From NCBI GenBank assembly GCA_021800535.1, contig JAJYYV010000002.1, positions 25,620-89,619 of the forward strand: a DNA stretch of 64,000 nt. Reading direction: 5' to 3'. The notes beneath the pieces are model-generated. The model was not told the DNA's origin. It worked only from the letters and a program-made list of their open reading frames with translations, and did no database searches. A program made the position numbers and the translations under genes. The stretch is from a bacterium (GTDB taxonomy: Bacteria; Ratteibacteria; UBA8468; B48-G9; DTJG01). Below are positions 43,025 to 49,255 of this stretch, piece by piece (the stretch's first letter is position 1; the number at the start of each line of letters is the position of its first letter).

Positions 43025-44142
43025 AAGCACTGGTAACAGGAGGAGCAGGTTTTATTGGCAGTCATGTTGTTGATAGATTAATCAAGGAAGGCTATCAGGT
43101 TAGAATATATGATAATCTTGATTTTCAGGTTCACCAGGGAAAAATACCCGAATATCTTAATAAGAAAGCTGAATTAATCTTTGGAGATATACTGGATAAA
43201 GAAAGATTTTATAATGCCATTAAAGATTGTGACATTATATTCCATTTTGCCTCTGCCGTGGGTGTTGGACAATCTCAATATCAAATTTCACATTATGTTG
43301 AAACAAATACATCAGGAACAGCCAATTTATTGGATATTCTCGTAAACAAAAACCATAAAATAAAAAAAATTATCCTTTCTTCTTCTATGAGTATGTATGG
43401 TGAAGGACTTTACGAATGTCAAAGATGCGGAAAAGTAAAACCTAAATTAAGAGAACTATCTTCTGTAAAAACAAAAAAAGATGAAAGTTTTTGGGAACCC
43501 AAATGTCCCCAATGTAATAGCCCTATAAAACCAACTCCAACATCAGAAGATATTCTAACTGAACCAAATTCAATCTATGCATATACAAAGCGGCATCAGG
43601 AAGAAATGCTTATGCTTATTGGAAAAACTTATGGCATAGCCACAACAGCATTAAGGTTTTTTAATGTGTATGGCTCCAGACAGTCTTTATCAAATCCTTA
43701 CACAGGTGTAGCAGCTATATTTTTAAGCAGAATAAAAAATAATCAACCGCCTGTTATATATGAAGACGGAAATCAAACCAGAGACTTTATCTGGATAGAA
43801 GACCTTGTACAAGCAATTATTATGGCAGCAAAAAGTCAAAAAGCCAGATATCAGGTTTTTAATCTTGGAACAGGCAACCCTATAAAAATAAAAGATATCG
43901 CAACAACTATTCAGAGTATTTTAAAGGTAAAAATTGAACCTGTTATAACCTATAAATTCAGAAAAGGGGATATCAGACATTGTATTGCAGACACTTCCAG
44001 AATAAAAAAATATTTAAATTTTCAGGCTAAAACTTCTTTATTAGAAGGGATGTCCAAACTAATAAAATGGTCTGAAAATGTTAAGGCAGAAGATAAATTT
44101 AGTCTTGCGGAAAAAGAATTAAAAGCAAAAGGGCTTATTTAA
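43021..44142 (+). CDS. extended-SDR sugar epimerase/dehydratase with an inserted Cys4 zinc-ribbon
   Basis: MKALVTGGAGFIGSH at the ATG overlapping the uxs stop; the ORF-track start at 42946 is rejected. Catalytic SSSMSMYG...YAYTKRHQE, with about 40 extra residues between Ser and Tyr carrying CQRC...CPQC. Confidence 0.8.
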   Translation: MKALVTGGAGFIGSHVVDRLIKEGYQVRIYDNLDFQVHQGKIPEYLNKKAELIFGDILDKERFYNAIKDCDIIFHFASAVGVGQSQYQISHYVETNTSGTANLLDILVNKNHKIKKIILSSSMSMYGEGLYECQRCGKVKPKLRELSSVKTKKDESFWEPKCPQCNSPIKPTPTSEDILTEPNSIYAYTKRHQEEMLMLIGKTYGIATTALRFFNVYGSRQSLSNPYTGVAAIFLSRIKNNQPPVIYEDGNQTRDFIWIEDLVQAIIMAAKSQKARYQVFNLGTGNPIKIKDIATTIQSILKVKIEPVITYKFRKGDIRHCIADTSRIKKYLNFQAKTSLLEGMSKLIKWSENVKAEDKFSLAEKELKAKGLI

Positions 44143-44148
44143 ATTATT

Positions 44149-44853
44149 ATGAATTTAGACTTAAGTATTATTATCCCTGCTCGTAATGAAGAGGAAAATA
44201 TAGAAGAAACTATACACTCCATCGCAAAAGTTTTAAATAATATCCCAAATGAAATTATTGTGGTAAATGACCATTCAACTGATAAAACAGAAGAAACTGT
44301 TAAAAATATTTCAAAGAAAATTACATCTGTCAGAATAATAAGAAATGAAAAATCACCAGGCTTTGCGCATACACTTCTTTCTGGATTTAAATCTGCAAAA
44401 GGTGATTTTGTCCTGCCTGTAATGGCTGATGGATGTGATGAACCACAAACTATTCCTATAATGTTTGAAAAAGCACAGGAAGGTTATGATATGATATGCG
44501 GTTCCCGTTATATGAAAAAAGGAGGCAAATGTGGGGGACCTAAACTACAGGGATTGTTTTCTACATTTGTGGGGAAAAGTTTATATTATATTATAAGAAT
44601 ACCAACAAGGGATGTTTCCAATGCACTTAAGATGTACAGAAAAAGTGCTCTTGATAAAATAGAATTAAAAGAAAAAGGATTTTCAGTTTCTATGGAAGCG
44701 GCTCTAAAATTTTATTTTTCAGGATATAAAATATCTGAAGTTCCCACCATATGGTATGGAAGAAAAAAGGGAAAATCAAAGTTTAGATTAACAAAAACTT
44801 TTCCTTATATCAGACTTTATTTTTGGGCAATTATAAAATGGATATTTCAATAG
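44149..44853 (+). CDS. short GT2 glycosyltransferase (Dpm1-like)
   Basis: 234 aa. Motifs LSIIIPARNEEENI, VVNDHSTDKT and PVMADGCDEP. Confidence 0.8.
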   Translation: MNLDLSIIIPARNEEENIEETIHSIAKVLNNIPNEIIVVNDHSTDKTEETVKNISKKITSVRIIRNEKSPGFAHTLLSGFKSAKGDFVLPVMADGCDEPQTIPIMFEKAQEGYDMICGSRYMKKGGKCGGPKLQGLFSTFVGKSLYYIIRIPTRDVSNALKMYRKSALDKIELKEKGFSVSMEAALKFYFSGYKISEVPTIWYGRKKGKSKFRLTKTFPYIRLYFWAIIKWIFQ

Positions 44854-45542
44854 TAATTCCCGCTTATAATGAAGAAAACAGGATAGTAGCAACATTAAAT
44901 AAAATTTATAATTATTTAAAACAAAAACAGTTTGAGTTTGAAATAATTATTGTTGATGATGGAAGCAAAGATAAAACAAGGCAAATAGTGGAAAATTTTG
45001 AAAAAGAGAATAAAGAAATTAAATTATTACAGCATGAAAAAAATAAAGGCAAAGGTGCTTCTGTAAGAACCGGAGTCTTAATTGCAAAAGGGGATTATAT
45101 TCTTTTTTCTGATTCAGACCTGTCAACCCCAATTGAAGAATTAGATAAACTTTTATTCTGGGTTAAAGAGAAAGATTATGATATTGCAATTGCTTCAAGG
45201 GGATTGCCAGATTCACAAATACCAGTACCTCAACCATGGCATAGAAGACTAACAGGAAAAATGTTTCCTATTATGGTACGATTAATTGTGACAAATCAAT
45301 TCAGAGATACCCAGTGCGGATTTAAATTATTTAAAAAAGATGCATCAAAGGAAATATTCAAAGAACAGAAAATTACAGGTTTTGCTTTTGATGTGGAAGT
45401 TCTTTATAAGGCAATATTAAAAAGGTACAAAATAAAAGAAGTGCCTGTTATCTGGATAAATTCTGCTTCAAGCAAGGTGGCTATACTAAGAGACCCTTTA
45501 AAAATGCTAAAAGACTTATTTATTATTAAATTCTTAAAATGA
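44838..45542 (+). CDS. short GT2 glycosyltransferase (dolichyl/polyprenyl-phosphate glucosyltransferase-like)
   Basis: 234 aa from the ATG at 44838 (the track starts at a TTG at 44823). Motifs ISIVIPAYNEENRI, IVDDGSKDKT, FSDSDLSTP and FRDTQCGFKLF. Confidence 0.8.
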   Translation: MDISIVIPAYNEENRIVATLNKIYNYLKQKQFEFEIIIVDDGSKDKTRQIVENFEKENKEIKLLQHEKNKGKGASVRTGVLIAKGDYILFSDSDLSTPIEELDKLLFWVKEKDYDIAIASRGLPDSQIPVPQPWHRRLTGKMFPIMVRLIVTNQFRDTQCGFKLFKKDASKEIFKEQKITGFAFDVEVLYKAILKRYKIKEVPVIWINSASSKVAILRDPLKMLKDLFIIKFLK

Positions 45543-46066
45543 ATAATAATGAGATAAAAAAACTCAATTTGGGTTGCGGTCAGGACATCAAAAAAGGATA
45601 TATTAATATTGATTTTCTTAAATATCGGGGAGTTGATATAATACATAATTTAAATGAATATCCCTGGCCTTTTATAGATAATACTTTTGATGAAATTTAT
45701 GCAAGTCATATTTTAGAACATGTTGATGATATAAAAAGAGCAATGGAAGAGATAAAAAGAATTTGTAAAAAAAATGCACAAATTATAATAAGAGTCCCAC
45801 ATTTTAGTTGTGGTGTAAGTTATAGAGATCCGACCCACAAACGACTTTTTAGTTATTTCACATTTGATTATTTTGAAAAAGGCGAATATGGATTACCAAA
45901 ATTAAAAATTATAAAAAAATATTTGAACTTTACAAGATTTTTATTTATTTTTCTGAATAAAGTTTTTAATCCTGTTATTAATCTTGCACCAGCAATTTAT
46001 GAAAGATTTTTCTGCTGGATGCTGCCCTGTTCAGAAGTTTTATTTGAATTAAAAATTGAAAAATGA
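45539..46066 (+). CDS. class I SAM-dependent methyltransferase
   Basis: 175 aa. Motif I is LNLGCGQD, followed by FDEIYASHILEHV. ATGA overlaps on both sides. Confidence 0.75.
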   Translation: MNNNEIKKLNLGCGQDIKKGYINIDFLKYRGVDIIHNLNEYPWPFIDNTFDEIYASHILEHVDDIKRAMEEIKRICKKNAQIIIRVPHFSCGVSYRDPTHKRLFSYFTFDYFEKGEYGLPKLKIIKKYLNFTRFLFIFLNKVFNPVINLAPAIYERFFCWMLPCSEVLFELKIEK

Positions 46067-46971
46067 ATAAGATAAAATTTTCCATCATTGTTCCTATTGC
46101 ACCAGAAAGAAAGGCTGAAATTTTAAAAAGTCTTAATGAATTAGACTATAATAAAGACGAATATGAAATTATAGTGGAAAAAGGGACCAATGCCTCTGAA
46201 AACAGGAATAAAGGTATAAAAAAAGCACAGGGGGAAATAATTGCTTTTATAGATGATGATGCACTTTTAGATAAAAACTGGCTTAAAATAGCAGAAAAAT
46301 TTTTTATGGATTACCCTGATATAGATATTGTTGGTGGACCTCAATTAACCCCGGAAAATGACAGTATATTTGGAAAATGCACAGGATATGCATTAAGTTC
46401 TTTTTTGGGCGGAGCAATTATCAGGGATAGATATAAAAAATCAAAAATAAATCTTGCTGCAGATGAAAGAGATTTAACATCAGCAAACATGTTTTGTAAA
46501 AAAAAGATTTTTGAAAATACCCTGTTTAATCCTGAATTCTGGCCGGGAGAAGACCCGACTTTTTTTAATGAATGTATTGAAACCGGATTAAAATTGGTAT
46601 ATTCTCCGGATATTATTATTTATCATAAAAGAAGAGGAACGCTAAACAGACTTGCAAAGCAAATATTTAATTATGGATATGTACGGCCTAAAATTAAAAA
46701 AATAAAAAAAACAGAAAAAGCATCTATTCTTTTTGCTATTCCTTCTATTTTCCTATTATATATTATTCTTTTCCCAATGCTATATAATATAAACAAATTT
46801 TTAATAATTCCTTTGTATATTTATTTAATATTGGTTTTATTTCTTTCTATAGTAGGAGCAATAAAAGAAAAAAATATTTTTGGGATTTTGTTGATACCAA
46901 TAATATTTATAACAATCCATTTAAGTTATGGATTAGGATATTTATTAAGCTATTCTACAAAAAAACAATGA
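46063..46971 (+). CDS. GT2 glycosyltransferase with C-terminal transmembrane helices (GtrB/ArnC-like architecture)
   Basis: 302 aa. Motifs FSIIVPIAPERK and AFIDDDALL. Two to three hydrophobic helices in the last ~90 aa. Confidence 0.75.
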   Translation: MNKIKFSIIVPIAPERKAEILKSLNELDYNKDEYEIIVEKGTNASENRNKGIKKAQGEIIAFIDDDALLDKNWLKIAEKFFMDYPDIDIVGGPQLTPENDSIFGKCTGYALSSFLGGAIIRDRYKKSKINLAADERDLTSANMFCKKKIFENTLFNPEFWPGEDPTFFNECIETGLKLVYSPDIIIYHKRRGTLNRLAKQIFNYGYVRPKIKKIKKTEKASILFAIPSIFLLYIILFPMLYNINKFLIIPLYIYLILVLFLSIVGAIKEKNIFGILLIPIIFITIHLSYGLGYLLSYSTKKQ

Positions 46972-47516
46972 AAACAAGAAATAGTTTCTTAAGAAAAATC
47001 GAACTATACTTACGTCTTTTTTTGCTAAATCAATGGGATAAAGAAAAAAATATACTTTTAAAAATTGTAAATGGAAAAGGAGCAGATATTGGTTGTGGTT
47101 CACGTAAAATAAGTCATAATTGTATTGGTGTGGATTTAACAGGCAAAGGTGAAAAAGGGCAATTTGGATACGAAAAAAATAAAATATCAGTATCAGATTA
47201 TAAATCTTCAGGGGATAATCTTTTTATGTTTAAAGATAATGAACTTGATTTTATTGTAGCAAAACATAATTTAAAACATTATGCCGAATCTGAACAAACA
47301 TTAAAAGAATGGAAAAGAGTTTTAAAATTTGGGGGGAAAATAGGAGTCATAGTTCCTGATGATAGATATTTAAATTCGTTAAAGTTAGATGAAACTCATA
47401 AAATTGCTTTTGATTCTGAAAAACTGGAAAAATTATTCCAAAAAGCCGGTTTTAAAATTATTGATAAAGGAATAGCCGTTAAACATTGGAGCATTTATCT
47501 TATTGCAGAAAAATAA
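46968..47516 (+). CDS. class I SAM-dependent methyltransferase
   Basis: 182 aa. Motif I is GADIGCGSRK, followed by LDFIVAKHNLKHY and LKFGGKIGVIVP. Confidence 0.7.
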   Translation: MKTRNSFLRKIELYLRLFLLNQWDKEKNILLKIVNGKGADIGCGSRKISHNCIGVDLTGKGEKGQFGYEKNKISVSDYKSSGDNLFMFKDNELDFIVAKHNLKHYAESEQTLKEWKRVLKFGGKIGVIVPDDRYLNSLKLDETHKIAFDSEKLEKLFQKAGFKIIDKGIAVKHWSIYLIAEK

Positions 47517-47517
47517 A

Positions 47518-48492
47518 ATGGGAAACCCATTGATTAGTTTTGTTGTCCCAATGAAGGAAAAGGATTTCCGGGTTATAAATCTTCTTGAATCTATAAGAAA
47601 ACAAAATTATCCACAAAATAATATTCAGATAATAATAATTGATGGGGGAAGTAACCCTACTGTTTTGGAAGCCTGTAAAAAATATAATGTGGAAATATAT
47701 TTTAATAAATACGGATTTGCAGAAGGAAAAGGAATGGGAAAGGACCAGGGAATCTGGAAATCAAAAGGCAAGTATGTTGTGATATCAGAATCCGATATAA
47801 AACTTGTTGGTGAAAATTGGATAAATGAAATGATAGAACCTCTGGAAAAAGATGAAAAATTTTTTGCAAGTGTACCCGGTTTATATGTAGATAAAAAGGA
47901 TAATATTGTGAACAGATATTTAAGTTATGTGGGAGTTGACCCTTTTGCGATTTTCCGTTCATTGGAAGGTCAGTTAGCATTAGGAAAAGTTGAATTAAAT
48001 GATTGCGGTAATTATTATTGTGTCAATCTTAATAAAAAAGAGCCTTATTGCATGGGGAGTAATGGATTTATGTTTAGAAAAGAATTGATAGAAAAAGTGG
48101 GAGACTATGCCCAGGATGTAGAATTTATTGCCAGGCTTGTAAAGAATGGATTTATAAAATTCGCCATTCCCCAAAATGCAAAAGTTTTTCATGCAAACAT
48201 AAAAAACTTTTATGAATTTCTGAAAAAAAGAATAAAATGGACAAAAACCTACACAAAATTTTATGCAGATGAAAAAAAGGATTTTGTATGGATAATCAAT
48301 AAATACAAATTTTTCATCTATGTAATGAAAAATATTTTTATATTACCCAATATTCCAATTTCAATAAAAAATTTTTTCAAATACAGGGATTCAGCATGGT
48401 TTTTACATCCTTTTTTGCTTTTTCTAACAACATCTATTAATATTTTTTATAGTATGCAATCCAAAAAAATGTTACACAATCTTTTAAAATGA
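47518..48492 (+). CDS. GT2 glycosyltransferase with C-terminal hydrophobic region
   Basis: 324 aa from the ATG at 47518, 1 nt after the previous stop (the track starts at a TTG at 47503). Motifs ISFVVPMKEKD and IIIDGGSNPT. Confidence 0.7.
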   Translation: MGNPLISFVVPMKEKDFRVINLLESIRKQNYPQNNIQIIIIDGGSNPTVLEACKKYNVEIYFNKYGFAEGKGMGKDQGIWKSKGKYVVISESDIKLVGENWINEMIEPLEKDEKFFASVPGLYVDKKDNIVNRYLSYVGVDPFAIFRSLEGQLALGKVELNDCGNYYCVNLNKKEPYCMGSNGFMFRKELIEKVGDYAQDVEFIARLVKNGFIKFAIPQNAKVFHANIKNFYEFLKKRIKWTKTYTKFYADEKKDFVWIINKYKFFIYVMKNIFILPNIPISIKNFFKYRDSAWFLHPFLLFLTTSINIFYSMQSKKMLHNLLK

Positions 48493-48501
48493 ATAATAAA
48501 A
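48489..48501 (+). repeat. 13-nt direct repeat ATGAATAATAAAA, partner at 49256-49268
   Basis: The left copy spans the TGA stop of the GT2 gene. The right copy is the start of the GT-C gene. The VapB-PIN cassette lies exactly between them. The same 13-mer also starts the GT-C paralog at 27805, so chance or paralogy cannot be excluded. Confidence 0.4.
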
Positions 48502-48524
48502 CAATCAAAATCGCTTTAATTTTT

Positions 48525-48561
48525 TTGCATAATGTGTATATTATTGTATAATATACACATT
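48525..48561 (+). promoter_or_regulatory. promoter with a 31-nt perfect palindrome (likely antitoxin operator)
   Basis: TTGCAT (48525-48530), a 16-nt spacer, then TATAAT (48547-48552). The palindrome AATGTGTATATTAT-TGT-ATAATATACACATT spans 48531-48561. The RBS GGAGG follows at 48562-48566. Confidence 0.6.
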
Positions 48562-48575
48562 GGAGGTGTTTAATC

Positions 48576-48797
48576 ATGCAGACGATAGAAAAGGTTCGAA
48601 AGCAGTTTATTCTTGACCCTGAAAAGATTAATATAATTAAACGGCTTACTCATGCTGCAACTGAAACAGAAGCAATAAACAAGGTATTAGATATGGTTAT
48701 TGCAAACGAAAAAATTGAAAAAGCTCTTATGAGTGTCAAAAATAAAGGAAAGATAAAAGATATCTATGGAAGATTACCCGTTCAAAATTATAAGTGA
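48576..48797 (+). CDS. VapB-type antitoxin (Rv0623/DUF2191-like pattern)
   Basis: 73 aa. The segment FILDPEKINIIKRLTHAATETEAINKVLDMVI resembles this antitoxin class. Directly upstream of, and overlapping, a PIN gene. Confidence 0.55.
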   Translation: MQTIEKVRKQFILDPEKINIIKRLTHAATETEAINKVLDMVIANEKIEKALMSVKNKGKIKDIYGRLPVQNYK

Positions 48798-49194
48798 CAC
48801 TTCTGTATACATTCCTTTTATTAATAATGGAATCTTTCATCCTGTATTTTCTAAATCTATCAGACCTGTATTTTATATGAGCATAGTAGTTCTTGTGGAA
48901 CTATACGCAGGATGTCATGATATTAATTCTATAAAACTTGTTAACAAGCTATACCATACTTTTCTTAATGTTAGAAGACTTATTGTTCCTGACAATGAAG
49001 ATTGGAAAAAAACAGGAACTATTATGGCTAAACTTGGACAAAAATATGGGTTTGAATCAAAATATATTGCAAAAATCCAGAATGATATTTTAATTGCATG
49101 TTCAGCACGCGGAATTGGGGCATTTATTGTTACTCATAATAAAAAGGATTTTCTTCGTATAAAAGAGTTTATAGATTTTCAAATTTATGAGTAA
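48766..49194 (+). CDS. PIN-domain toxin (VapC-like)
   Basis: 142 aa. N-terminal acidic-residue context IISDTSVYIPFI. Later NDILIACSARGIGAFIVTHNKKDF is typical of a PIN C-terminus. 32-nt overlap with the antitoxin gene. Confidence 0.7.
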   Translation: MEDYPFKIISDTSVYIPFINNGIFHPVFSKSIRPVFYMSIVVLVELYAGCHDINSIKLVNKLYHTFLNVRRLIVPDNEDWKKTGTIMAKLGQKYGFESKYIAKIQNDILIACSARGIGAFIVTHNKKDFLRIKEFIDFQIYE

Positions 49195-49255
49195 AAAACT
49201 TCTACTGAGGGGATAATTTCATAAAGTTATTATTGGACAGGACTAAGGTTTAAAC

